Assembly (NCBI RefSeq): GCF_006345805.1
Contig: NC_042997.1
Span: forward strand, 166,222,001 to 166,286,000
DNA length: 64,000 bases
DNA from: Octopus sinensis
Lineage: Eukaryota
Direction of reading: 5' to 3'
Shown here: piece by piece, positions 1-11,490 of the stretch
Layout of the letters: each line of letters starts with the position of its first letter
Position numbering within the stretch: position 1 is the first letter of the stretch
Notes under the pieces: model-generated
What the model saw: the letters and a program-made list of their open reading frames with translations, nothing else
What the model was told of the DNA's origin: nothing
The model's database searches: none
Program-made: the position numbers and the translations under genes

Positions 1-641
1 TAAATTTATATGTTTTCATATCATATTATATTATATTATATTATTAAAATATGAAGTTTATTAAATTCACAGTATATAGAAGAATAAAACGGTTCATCCT
101 GTTCTATGTAGGTTAGTCCGTACTTCCGTGAACGTATAGCCCTTTAAAGTATAATCTCAAGTATTTTGAATGATGCATTCAGATTGAAGGAGTAGCTCAA
201 GCTGTTAGCGTGTAAGAAAAATGATCCACATGGGTATATGATGTGAGAGAGACAGACATCATGATAGACAGATAGATCAGAGAGAATGGGGGATGCGTGA
301 GTGAAGAGAAGAGAGAAAAGAGAGAATAGTAGAAATGAAGATAAGCAATTGAAGTAAAAAGAATGAGAGAGAAAGTAAAAAAAAAAATAAAGTTAAAAGA
401 TAAAAGGCCGGTATTATTCTTCGTCGGGGTAGATTCGGGGTGAGAGGTCAAGGGTAACGGTTTTGGTAAGGTAGAGGAGGAAAGATTTATAGCTTTTAGA
501 GAGAATTAAATTGATAGATGAATTCTAGGTTCAGCATAGTCAGAAAGAATATTTATCTTCAGTTTAGTAGTCGGTAAAGGGAGCTAAAATGCTAGAAATA
601 GATCCCTAACTTAAGGAGGGGGAATATATTTAAAATTAAAA

Positions 642-940
642 GCTAAAAATTAAAAATTATGAATTAGCAATCAAAAAGATTAGTGTAGCAAGCGAACTTC
701 GAATATACTTATGTTGATGTAATAAGTGTTAATAGAACTGCAAACATAGGTTCTATCGTATCTTTAGACTCTTCCACAAGTCCAAATGCAAGCAAAATCA
801 ACACACATGACACCTGCCTCTCAACATTCACAGTCGTAACAATATACGTATTTTCTTCATCTACTAATATTTATTACCTCAACATATGTCCCTCCGAAGT
901 TCGCTAGCTGCACTAATCTTTTTAATTGTTAATTTTTAGC
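642..940. repeat. Imperfect fold-back / MITE-like inverted repeat
   Basis: 662-736 (aattagcaatcaaaaagattagtgtagcaagcgaacttcg...) is the approximate reverse complement of 860-938. Terminal gctaaaaattaa / ttaatttttagc. No TSD seen. Confidence 0.55.
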
Positions 941-1058
941 AAGCTTGGAACCTAACAGATGGCCAGTTATAGCACTTACGTATGTATTGGTTCAGATCGT
1001 CAGTGAACTAAACCCCTCATATTACATGTATATATATCTAGTATATGTAAATCACAGT

Positions 1059-1253
1059 ATGCGTGTCTATATTGACTACGGAGAAAATGTGAAAGTCATT
1101 ATAATTGATAAAGACAGATACAACATGTTGAAGGAAATGTGTAACATTGATCCGCCGGGATTTGCGGTGGAGTTTGACGAACTGCCTTCAGTAGTGGAAT
1201 TAAGAGATCTGGAACCATTCATAATTTATTTTAAAAAAGGCAAAATTGTTTAA
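1059..1253 (+). CDS. Putative 64-aa orphan ORF (MRVYIDYGENVKVIIIDKDRY...FKKGKIV)
   Basis: Non-repetitive, protein-like composition. TA-rich box and CAGT immediately upstream of ATG; stop overlaps AATAAA. No family recognised. Confidence 0.25.
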   Translation: MRVYIDYGENVKVIIIDKDRYNMLKEMCNIDPPGFAVEFDELPSVVELRDLEPFIIYFKKGKIV

Positions 1254-1505
1254 TAAAAAAGAGAGAGAACAAAAACGATGCTAATGGAAAAAAAAAAAAC
1301 AGGGTAAAAAAAAATTGTAAACTACGAGTAAAAACGTTCAAATGGTACTGCATGGGAGTGGGGCTCTTGCAGCCATTTCATTTTTCATTTTTATATAGCA
1401 TTTTTCTCATTTTTCATTTGTTTCATGTTTTTGTCCCCACTGTGGCGTTCTGTCTGTCCTTGTGCTGTACCCTCTGTGCTTGACCCTTGTGGTTGGAAAT
1501 AAAAA

Positions 1506-2020
1506 TCTATATTGACTAATGCATACATTTCCACAATTTTCAACCGATTTCCACCAAACTTTACACACGCATTACTTATGTGCCAAGGATGGCCATGCAC
1601 TATAACATTTTCCCCACAGCTCCGGCATAAATAGACAAACCGGGGAAAACCGTGGTTTACACGGATTTCTCCCTAATTCGTTGTATGTACATAGATTTTT
1701 TGTATGTAGGGTCTTCCATGCATTTTAAATCTGTATGGTCGTATATTAGCATTAGAGAGTATTTTTAGTGGTTTTCACTATTTTTTATTTATTATTTATT
1801 TATATGTTGTAATTGTGTATTATTACTTTCTTTTTTATATATGTGTTTTGGTTAGAGAATATAAAAGTGAAAGTCTATTTATTTCGACTGTTTTCCATAG
1901 TTTTTTAAAATTTATATGGTCGTGTATTAGCATAAGAGAATATTTTTAGTTGTTTTCAGATTATTTATTTATTATTTATTTATATATTAAACCGCCCAAA
2001 GAACGGGTGCGTTTGTTAGT
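1506..2020 (+). mobile_element. Non-autonomous Helitron-like element, degenerate
   Basis: 5' TCTATA... followed by 'caaccgatttccaccaaactttacacacg', typical of Helitron 5' regions. Internal ~90-bp duplication (~1720-1810 / ~1900-1990). 3' GC-rich hairpin remnant then TTAGT. Confidence 0.55.
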
Positions 2021-2039
2021 ATATATATATACATATATA

Positions 2040-2245
2040 CCGGAGTAAAGACATAAATGTGAAATAAAGTGGAAAAAGAGTACTCAAATACCAGAGGTAG
2101 AGTAATATGCTTTATTTAAAAGCAGTAGAAATATAACAAAAGCTGTTGCTCAGAGTTTCACGTTCCCGTTCGTCGGACGAGCTTATATATCAGAGGCGGC
2201 TCCAGGTCATCAGCGTCACTCGGGCGCATCACAGAGTTCCTATAT
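2040..2245 (-). mobile_element. Penelope-like pseudo-LTR fragment with degenerate minimal hammerhead (2140-2184)
   Basis: Minus strand aagctcgt-CCGACGA-acgggaacgt-GAAA-ctctgag-CA-acagctt fits hammerhead geometry with core deviations. An inverted piece of the same sequence recurs at 2787-2809. Confidence 0.55.
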
Positions 2246-2247
2246 AT

Positions 2248-2412
2248 GGAGTGGCTGAGTGATAAGTAGCTTGCTTACCAACTACATGGTTCCGGGTTCA
2301 GTCCCACTGCGTGGCACCTTGGGCAAGTGTCTTCTACTATAGCCTCGGGCCTACCAAAGCCTTGTGAGTGGATTTGGTAGACGGAAACTGAAAGAAGCCT
2401 GTCGTATATATA

Positions 2413-2494
<82 letters not shown>

Positions 2495-2742
2495 GTGTGT
2501 GTGTGTGTGTGTGTGGTGTGTGTGTGTGTGTGTGTGCGTGTATGTTTGTGTGTCTGTGTTTGTCCCCCTATGACGATGCTGGTGTGTTTATGTTACCGTC
2601 ACTTAGCGGTTCAGCAAAAGAGACCGATAGAATAAGTACTGGGCTTACAAAGAACAAGTCCCAGGGTCGAGTTGCTCGACTAAAGGCGGTGCTCCAGCAT
2701 GGCCGCAGTCAACTGACTGAAACAAGTAAAAGAGTAAAAGAG
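2248..2742 (+). mobile_element. tRNA-derived SINE, family A (full length, with expanded internal (TA)/(TG) tract)
   Basis: Head ggagtggctgagtgataag...ggttcagtccc (A/B-box like). Body ...ggatttggtagacggaaactgaaagaagcc. Tail ...aaacaagtaaaagag. Many further copies in the window. Confidence 0.9.
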
Positions 2743-2750
2743 TATATATA

Positions 2751-2790
<40 letters not shown>

Positions 2791-2809
2791 CTGCTGCTTT
2801 TAAATAAAG

Positions 2810-2849
<40 letters not shown>

Positions 2850-2924
2850 ATATATTATATATATATATATATATTGTGCGTGGACATGATGCCGAATGCA
2901 CTTCTGCTTAAGGACAAGAAGCTG

Positions 2925-4204
2925 AAGCCAAAAACCGAACGGACTCAATAGTAATAAAAAAAAACATTCCTACCTATATAGTTTAATGATCAATTCATCA
3001 ATTTGGTATTTAAGATATAACGAGATTAAAAATAGTAAGAAATAATAATTTTAAAGAATTTCCAACCAACGTAATTTTAATGAATGTGGGAAAACTGATG
3101 AGTTATTAAGTGATTATCTTGTTTACTTTGAAAGCACGTGGTTAGGAATAGTCCAGAGAAGGTGTCGAAAGAAGCTAATTTTTTATGTTGATTTGTGGTC
3201 AGTCCACACATGAGATCAGGATAATTTGCCGAGAACAGGCAATTCTCTCGGAGGCTGGCATCAGGATTTTTAAAAAAGACTTTATGTAACTCATCCCACA
3301 ATCACCAAACTACTAAAGGTTATCAGAAATGAGCAGGCATCCAATGAAATTCTAATTGAACAGGCTACTATAGGGATTGATATATCACGACCTAACAAAA
3401 AAATATGACACCATTAACAATAGGATAAAAACCATTTGTGGTTCTTATAATAAAGAAGGATTGGCATTTCTACGATCTTACTCTTTTACTCTTTTACTCT
3501 TTTACTTGTTTCAGTCATTTGACTGCGGCCATGCTGGAGCACCGCCTTTAGTTGAGCAACTCGACCTCGGGACTTATTCTTTGTAAGCCCAGTACTTATT
3601 CTTCCGGTCTCTTTTTGCCGAACTGCTAAGTGACGGGGACATAAACACACCAGCATCGGTTGTCAAGCAATGCTAGGGGGACAGACACACAAACATACAT
3701 GCACACACATATATATACACACATACATATATACGACGGGCTTCTTTCAATTTCCGTCTACCAAATCCACTCACAAGGCATTGGTCGGCCCGGGGCTATA
3801 GCAGAAGACACTTGCCCAAGGTGCCACACAGTGGGACTGAACCCGGAACCATGTGGTTTGTAGGCAAGCTACTTACCACTCAGCCACTCCTGCACTCTTC
3901 GGTTCGCAATTTTTAGATACTCTTATTTACTTTTGTCTTCTACATTTTCATATGTCAGTTCTAATAATTTTAAAATAAACATCTGATCACATTAATTTTG
4001 TATGTTTACATTGTGAATCCAGTAAAGAAATCTATTTAAAAAGTGGTTATATGTATCTAATTTTCCTACATTTTAGTCTGTTAAATGGCCATATTGTAGG
4101 AATAAAATGATTATCATATATTTATATTTTCGCATGTCTTTTCGGTCTCTTGTCCTTTCGTCTTTATGTCCTTTCGGTATTGTGTCCGTTCGGTTTCTTG
4201 GCTT
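2925..4204 (+). mobile_element. MULE/Mutator deletion derivative with transposase C-terminal remnant
   Basis: TIRs aagccaaaaaccgaacggactcaata (2925) / tattgtgtccgttcggtttcttggctt (4204). Plus strand ~3180-3375 reads LWSVHT*DQDNLPRTGNSLGGWHQ...HPTITKLLKVIRNEQ, the MULE PRTNNxxEGWH...HP motif. Interrupted by a SINE. Confidence 0.8.
3478..3891 (-). mobile_element. SINE family A
   Basis: Reverse complement of the 2248-2742 family, inserted in the MULE element. Confidence 0.9.
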
Positions 4205-4658
4205 ATATATCAGAGGCGACTCCAGGTCTTCAACGTCACTCTGGCTCATCACAGATTTCTTATAATATACATGTGTAAAAGAAGGTAAGAAACGTAATGC
4301 ACACCACGGACTTACATATGCACGGATAATTTAGCAGTAAGCAAGTTTGCTGCTTCTGACGAAAGAATGCCTCACGTTTTTCCGCAATATTTCTAGCCCC
4401 AAATGGCTTATTTTTTTTATGTAATACTATGTATTTCTCCATTTCTAAGTTAAGGGTAAAAATAAGGCAACCATGCAAAACACAACTGATCTTTACACAC
4501 AAACGCACAGAATAACAACAATCAAATAATGAAAGCGGAGTGCACATCAAACATCAGAGATCTAACTGCCGTCTGTACTCTTGACAAGAGATGTCAGTTA
4601 GTCCTTTACACCTTACCAGGCTCGTTCGTATTAAACCCGAGTTACTAGTGTAATAACA

Positions 4659-6402
4659 CAGAGATGGGGATCCTGCGGCCTTCTGGGCCATCAAGTGCAG
4701 CCTTCTGGGCCATCAAGTGCGGCCGTCTGCAGCCATTGGTATATTTTCTTTCTTTTTTGACATTGAATATTTTTGTCTAAAATCATTATACGCCCTAAAC
4801 ATGCAGTACACACACACACAGGCGAAAGGAAAGTTAAGTGTGTTTCGTGATATCACTCCCAGAGATTGGAAGCATTTTTTTAACCCAATGAATTTAAACT
4901 CAAAGCAACAAGTATGTTGTCAGCTACACCAGCCTCGTGTGAATAAGTGACTTCACGTATGATACACGAAGAATTCCTGTCTCGTCCACCTTTTCATTGT
5001 TATCTGTGCAACGTACTTTACTTAGTAATTGCGTAGTCGTGGCCAACTTCATACTGACTTGTTTTGTGAAACTGAGTCAGTTATAGCCTTATTTGAAACT
5101 GTAAATTCATCAGTGCGTGCGTTAATTTTACAGACTTACTTTTTATCATTGAGACTTGATAAGTGGTGCAATGATCGTATTCAATGCTGCTCTGCTAAGC
5201 CGGCAGCACACTGCTTCAGACAAAACGGTCTTAGACAAGACACTATCAATCAGCATCCAAAACCATGTTCTTGGAATCTTGGTCATAACTTCAACAATTG
5301 TCATTATTTTGTGAGATTGGAACCCGTCAGTATTTGACATAATTTCTGTAACAGTTAGGTAACGATAAATAATAGTACTAATTACAGAAAAAATATTATA
5401 GCTAATCTAAATGTTGTTCAGTCTCGAATGGTAGGAACAATTGCTAAATTCCTTTTCTACTCTAGGCACAAGGCCCGAATTTTTTGAGGCGGGGGCCAGT
5501 CGATTAGATCGACCCTAGTACGCAACTGGTACTTAATTTTTCGACTCCGAAAGGATGAAAGGCAAAGTCGACCTCGGCAGAATTTGAACTCAGAACGTAA
5601 AGACAGACGAAATACCTATTTCTATTTCTTTACTACCCACAAGGGGCTTAAACACAGAGACGACAAACAAGGACAGACAAACGGATTAAGTCGATTACAT
5701 CGACCCGAGTGCGTAACTGGTACTTAATTTATCGACCCCGAAAGGATGAAAGGCAAAGTCGACCTCGGCGGAATTTGAGCTCAGAACGTAACAGCTGACG
5801 AAATACGGCTATGCATTTCGCCCGGTGTGCTAACGTTTCTGCCAGCTTACCCCAAAACATGGTTTTGGATGCAAGCTTATTGTCTTATCTATGACTGTTT
5901 TATTTGGGTCAGTGGGCGACCGGCTTTATTAATTCATTATTAAACTTTTATTTTTTATGGTTTTTCAGAATAAATACATTTCTTTTTAACGCATAATTAT
6001 ATTTAAAAAAAATTAAAACGAACTTTAAAAGAAAACAGAATCTTCAATGAAGAATGGGAATTACAGTATTTTTTAGTAAATAGTGGAGGCAAAATGTCTT
6101 GCTTGTTATGTGATACCGTAATTGTATTGTAACGGTTAAGAAATTCAATGCACAAGCAACATTACGCTCCTCATAAAGACAATAAATATGCCAAATTAGA
6201 GGGTGAGTCTCGAAAGATAGCATCCCAGAAATTGAAAGATGGAAAACAAAAGCAATGACAATTTTGCCAATCTGTGTTGCATTAAGGGAATGCTACGACA
6301 GAAACAAGCTATAGAGTTGCATATTTGCTTGGAAAAAAAGGTAAGCCATTCAGCGAGGCAGAACTCATAAAGGAATCTATTTTAGAAGTGGTAGGATGTG
6401 TA
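4659..6402 (+). mobile_element. hAT (Charlie/SPIN/GTF2IRD2-like) transposon, 5' part
   Basis: Left TIR-like cagagatggggatcctgcggcc with 22-bp subterminal tandem repeat. ~6015-6400 encodes a broken KRTLKENRIFNEEWELQYFLVNSGGKMSCLLC...SYRVAYLLGKKGKPFSEAELIKE. Linking the TIR to the coding part is inference. Confidence 0.7.
5447..5848 (-). mobile_element. SINE family B (two tandem core units)
   Basis: Core 'gaaaggatgaaaggcaaagtcgacctcggc..aatttga.ctcagaacgtaa' occurs twice (~5550 and ~5740). tRNA-like head at the right end. Confidence 0.85.
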
Positions 6403-6637
<235 letters not shown>

Positions 6638-6818
6638 TAAGTAATTAAGGTTTAGCAACGATTTGCCTCACCACACACCGAATTTAGAAATAGCAGTCAA
6701 AAAGTTTTGGCTATTCTTTCTACTTAAAAGGGAGATCCCAGTAAAACCAAAGCACTTAAAAAGGAAACGACGCAGGCAAAAGAGAAAGAAATGACGAAAA
6801 TCATTCTATATTAAGTCA

Positions 6819-6909
6819 CCTACGGACGTACGTTTCGGAATTAAGTCATTGCAGAGCATAAAAATTAAATAATTATGTCTTACCTGACTATTTTCCTCCT
6901 CAGCGTAGG
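6819..6909 (-). ncRNA. Type I hammerhead ribozyme, intact core
   Basis: Minus strand: cctacg CTGAGGA ggaa...(long imperfect hairpin)...ttcc GAAA cgtacg TC cgtagg. Stem I 6 bp, CUGANGA and GAAA cores, palindromic stem III, GUC cleavage triplet. Confidence 0.85.
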
Positions 6910-7421
6910 ACTCTTCAACTATAAATAATTGCGTCTCAATTATTAATAATTGCGTATTAAATTTGAAGGCACTAGAAGACATCACCTCAGCTCATGGTAT
7001 CAGAGCAAGCGTAAGCCATTACCAGTACCACCAAATTCAAAGGGTGAATGAAAGTATGTCACCATCCTCCTTCCGCCAGCGTGCTGCCAAAATAAGATGC
7101 TACAGTTTTTTTACTGGGCTGAAATACAATTATCAATAATAAAGGGTGAAATTAATTAATTAATTTAGAAGTAATCATTAATTTCACCAAGTAGAGTTCG
7201 GCATGTAAAAGCCCCATTCAAGGAAGGTTTAAGTAATACTAAGTAATTAAGGGTTTAGCAACGATTTGCCTCACCACACACCGAATTTAGAAATAGCAGT
7301 CAAAAAGTTTTGGCTATTCATTCTACTTAAAAGGGAGATCCCAGTAAAACCAAAGCACTTAAAAAGCAAACGACGCAGGCAAAAGAGAAAGAAATGACGA
7401 AAATCATTCTATATTAAGTCA

Positions 7422-7512
7422 CCTACGGACATACGTTTCGGAATTAAGTCATTGCAGAGCATAAAAATTAAATAATTATGTCTTACCTGACTATTTTCCT
7501 CCTCAGCGTAGG
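7422..7512 (-). ncRNA. Type I hammerhead ribozyme, second copy
   Basis: Same as 6819-6909 except stem III reads cgtatg (one C>T, G-U wobble). Confidence 0.8.
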
Positions 7513-7670
7513 ACTCTTCAACTATAAATGATTGCGTCTCAATTATTAATAATTGCGTATTAAATTTGAAGGCACTAGAAACGTACGTCCGTAGGTGACT
7601 TAATATAGAATGATTTTCGTTGTTTCTTTCTCTTTTACCTGCGTCGTTTGCTTTTTAAGTGCATTTTTGA

Positions 7671-8447
7671 CTGCAAACAGGTGCAGGTGTGACCATGGAC
7701 GCCAACTCCGCCGCCATCGACACACGAAAAATTATGCATTAAAATGGAATAAAAAATGATGTTAAATTATTTTTAAAATCGTAGACTCATCGTAGACGTG
7801 CGCTAATACTCAGACGGGCTCGATATGAATCACGACTATAAGATACCCGAATTTGGTTAAACTGCACCGCAAAATGTGGGAGTAGTTAGGAATCTAATCG
7901 AAGGGGACAGACACTCACACAACTACAGTTTATATATATACTAGCATATCGCCCGGCGTTGCTAGGGTTTGTAAGGGAAATAACTATATAAGCATTTTTA
8001 GAGAGTTACTTCCCTTATAAATTCGGGCTTTCTTAGCCATTTTTGTTTTGGTGTCTTCAAGCCATGAAGTCGTTGTTCTAAAAGAACGCTGGTTTCCTTC
8101 ACAACGCATTACGACGTTGATTTCTTTACACTCCCTTCCCCACAGCTTCACGAGGGAGGGAAGGGGGAGAAGCAAACAGGTGCAGCTGTGAGCGTGGACG
8201 CCAACTCCGCCGCCATCGACATACGATGCATTTTATGCATTAAAATGGAATAAAAAATGATGTTAAATTATTTTTAAAATCGTAGACTCATCGTTGACGC
8301 GCGCTAATAGTCAGACGGGCTCGATATGAATCACGACTATAAGATACCCGAATTTGGTTAAACTGCACCGCAAAATGTGGGAGGAGTTAGGAATCTAAAT
8401 CGAAGGGGACAGACACTCACACAACTAGAGTTTTATATATATATAGA
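7671..8447 (-). mobile_element. Non-autonomous Helitron: complete 507-bp copy (7941-8447) plus head-to-tail partial copy (7671-7940)
   Basis: Minus strand A|TCTATATATATATAAAACTCTAG...caaaccctagcaacgccgggcgatatgCTAG|T. 7671-7935 duplicates ~8172-8435. Confidence 0.85.
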
Positions 8448-8468
8448 TATATATATATAGATATATAT

Positions 8469-8572
8469 ACGTTTTGAGGAACGCTCTTCTTCAGAAACAG
8501 TATACAGAGGAAAGCCCGAAAGAAAAGGAAAATGAAGAAAAGCATCGCCAACAATCCATATTTTGGGATCAG
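8469..8572 (-). mobile_element. Penelope-like terminal fragment with decayed hammerhead
   Basis: Minus strand gttt CTGAAGA agagcgttcctc AAAA cgta; the GAAA core appears mutated. Confidence 0.35.
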
Positions 8573-8670
<98 letters not shown>

Positions 8671-8941
8671 CGTGTGTGTATAATGACCAAGACCACTCGC
8701 TGCTATTTCTACTAAGTCGAGTGATTACGTAAAGCTTAGTGGTGCAGCTATCTATTCTCGCTATCGGGTGGAGAATATTCTACCGTTTTTTGTTTTTTTT
8801 TTCAACCAAGTGTCAGACTTAAAACAATTCATGAAAATACTCATGATAAAAAAAAAAAGAACTTAAAAAGAGACTAGAATCTTTGGGTTCGTTTAACTTT
8901 TCTGTCTGAATACCAGACTTGCTTCTGATTATCTATCTACA

Positions 8942-8977
<36 letters not shown>

Positions 8978-9012
8978 CGTTCCTGTGCGTGCGTGCGTGT
9001 GTGTGTGCATGT

Positions 9013-9047
<35 letters not shown>

Positions 9048-9570
9048 CGTGTGTGTGTGCATGTGTGTGCATGTGTGTCACACTAGGAAACGATTCTATA
9101 AAAGAATAATATTTCCGCTCGGAAATATCAGGAATATAAAAAAAAAAAAACATGAAATGATTATAATCAGGAAATTTTAAAATTCTTGAAATGTTAACGC
9201 TTTTAGATTAGCTTTTCATGGCATTTTTATTGCGAAGTGGATTTATATCTAGAATACTTAACACAAATAACAATAATTCCATATGGGGTATATGTGTGTT
9301 GTGTGGGAGAAGGAATGCATCGTGTATCTGTATTTGCGTACGTGCCGTTCTAGGGACTGTGTTTTTATGTGCACGAATGTCAGTTTGCGATTCTTTGCAT
9401 CTGTTATCACATCGCGCTCGTCTCTCTGTTCATGCATGCATGTGTATGTGAATGTGTTCGTGCATTCAAGTGGGTGCTTCTTGTGTGTTTAAGCTTGACT
9501 ATATCTGTGTGTCTGTGTTTGTGTGTGTGTTTGTGTGTGTGTGTGGTGTGTGTGTGTGTGTGTGTGTGTG

Positions 9571-9611
<41 letters not shown>

Positions 9612-9703
9612 AATCTTTCAGTGTCTGTCTCTATATGATTGTTTGCGTGGCGATGTTTCCGCAACGATTAGTCTGCAAGCACAAGTTTGTTCCTGTATGT
9701 ATG

Positions 9704-9737
<34 letters not shown>

Positions 9738-9790
9738 TGTATGTATGTATGTATGTATGTATGTATGTATGTATGTATGTATGTATTATT
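8573..9790. repeat. Cluster of (TA)n, (TG)n, (TGCG)n and (TATG)n microsatellites
   Basis: Directly visible tracts at ~8573-8680, 8941-9078, 9505-9610 and 9695-9785, separated by unique sequence. Confidence 0.95.
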
Positions 9791-9796
9791 TGTGTG

Positions 9797-10117
9797 AGGG
9801 GGGGTGCTTAGTGGTTAGGGCATTCGGCTCATGATCGTAAGGTTGTGAGTTCGATTCCCGGCGACGCGTTGTGTCCTTGAGCAAGACACTTTATTTCACG
9901 TTGCTCCAGTCCACTCAGCTGGCAAAAATGAGTTGTACTTGTATTTCAAAGGGTCAGCCTTGTCACTCTCTGTGTCACGCTGATATCCCCGAGAACTACG
10001 TTAAGGGTACACGTGTCTGTGGAATGCTCAGCCATTTGCACGTTAATTTCACGAGCAAGCTGTTCCGTTGATCGTATCAGCTGGGACCCTCGTCGTCGTA
10101 ACCGGCGGAGTCTTTAA
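9797..10117 (+). mobile_element. tRNA-derived SINE, family D
   Basis: A box gcttagtggttagg, B box gagttcgattccc, core gtgtccttgagcaagacacttta...ccactcagctggcaaaaatgagt. Confidence 0.8.
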
Positions 10118-10121
10118 AATG

Positions 10122-10155
<34 letters not shown>

Positions 10156-10257
10156 TGTATGTTAAATGTATGTATGTATGTATGTATGTATGTATGTATG
10201 TGTATGTATGTATAGATGTAGGATGTATGTATGTATGTATGTATGTATGTATGTATG

Positions 10258-10291
<34 letters not shown>

Positions 10292-10293
10292 TG

Positions 10294-10327
<34 letters not shown>

Positions 10328-10478
10328 TGTAGTATGTATGTATGATGTATGTATGTAACGGGAAGCTTTATGAAAATAAACAAAAGACGAAGGCAGGTGG
10401 AAAACAAACGAACAATTGTATTAGTATGGCGCTCAGGAAATATAAGTATGTATGTATGTATGTATGTATGTATGTATG

Positions 10479-10512
<34 letters not shown>

Positions 10513-10704
10513 TGTATGTATGTATGTATGTATGTATGTATGTATGTATGCATGCATGTATGTATGTATGTATGTATGTATGTATGTACTATGTATGTAT
10601 GTATGTATGTATGTATGTATGTATGTATGTATGTATGTATGTATGTACTATGTATGTATGTATGTATGTATGTATGTATGTATGTATGTATGTATGTATG
10701 TATG

Positions 10705-10764
<60 letters not shown>

Positions 10765-11030
10765 CATTTGTATGTATGTGTATATGTATGTATGTATGTA
10801 TGTATTATGTATGTATGTGCGTGTATGAATGTGCGTGTATGTATGTATGTATGTATGTATGTATGTATGTATGTATGTATGTATGTATGTATGCATGCAT
10901 GCATGCATTTATATGTATGTATGTATGTATGTATGCATGCATGCATGCATTTATATGTATGTATGTATGTATGTATGTATGCATGCATGCATGCATGTAT
11001 GAATGTTTGCATACATGCATGCATTATGTA
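10118..11030. repeat. ~0.9-kb (TATG)n/(CATG)n microsatellite array
   Basis: Directly visible; contains a ~90-bp unique insert at ~10355-10445. Confidence 0.95.
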
Positions 11031-11034
11031 TGAT

Positions 11035-11380
11035 TTTAAGTTTATCTAAATTCTTCTTAAAGGCAAACAAAGCTGCAAAACATTCTGAGTTATGAGAGTT
11101 CCCGGCATTTGTAAGTATGTGGTTGAGCTGGTGTGTTGGACGAGTTGGTGTGTTAGTTGAGCTGTCGTTGCACACACCCAAGTATGTACATCTATTCATC
11201 AAAAGGTTCTCAGATGGAGAATCTTTTGAATGTCTTACGAATCTTTACTATGCTACAAACAGATTGGATTTGAAAAATTCGCGTCAGTTTCTTTTTATCT
11301 TTCTTCGAAAAACTTAATATTTCTAGGTTTTTGTATAATTTTTAGGTACATAATCTAATGCACCAATGATGATAGATACA
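11035..11380 (-). mobile_element. RLE-type (R4/Dong-like) non-LTR retrotransposon, 3' fragment
   Basis: Minus strand IIIGALDYVPKN...NLEILSF...FQIQSVCSIVKIRKTFKRF; the 3' end runs into (CATA)n. Confidence 0.7.
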
Positions 11381-11490
11381 AATGAGAATCTATAGTCAGA
11401 GCACAAGAGCTGTAAGTTCTGCATTAATTTACCATTCTGTTTTTTTTTTCTTTGTGCATTCACATCATCTGGGCAGCTGACCTCTACAAC

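Noticed and set aside
3077-3301. 74-aa minus-strand ORF
   Set aside because: It is antisense to the MULE transposase remnant on the plus strand.
9797-9870. tRNA-like A/B boxes here and at other SINE heads
   Set aside because: No complete cloverleaf; they continue into SINE bodies, so they are not tRNA genes.
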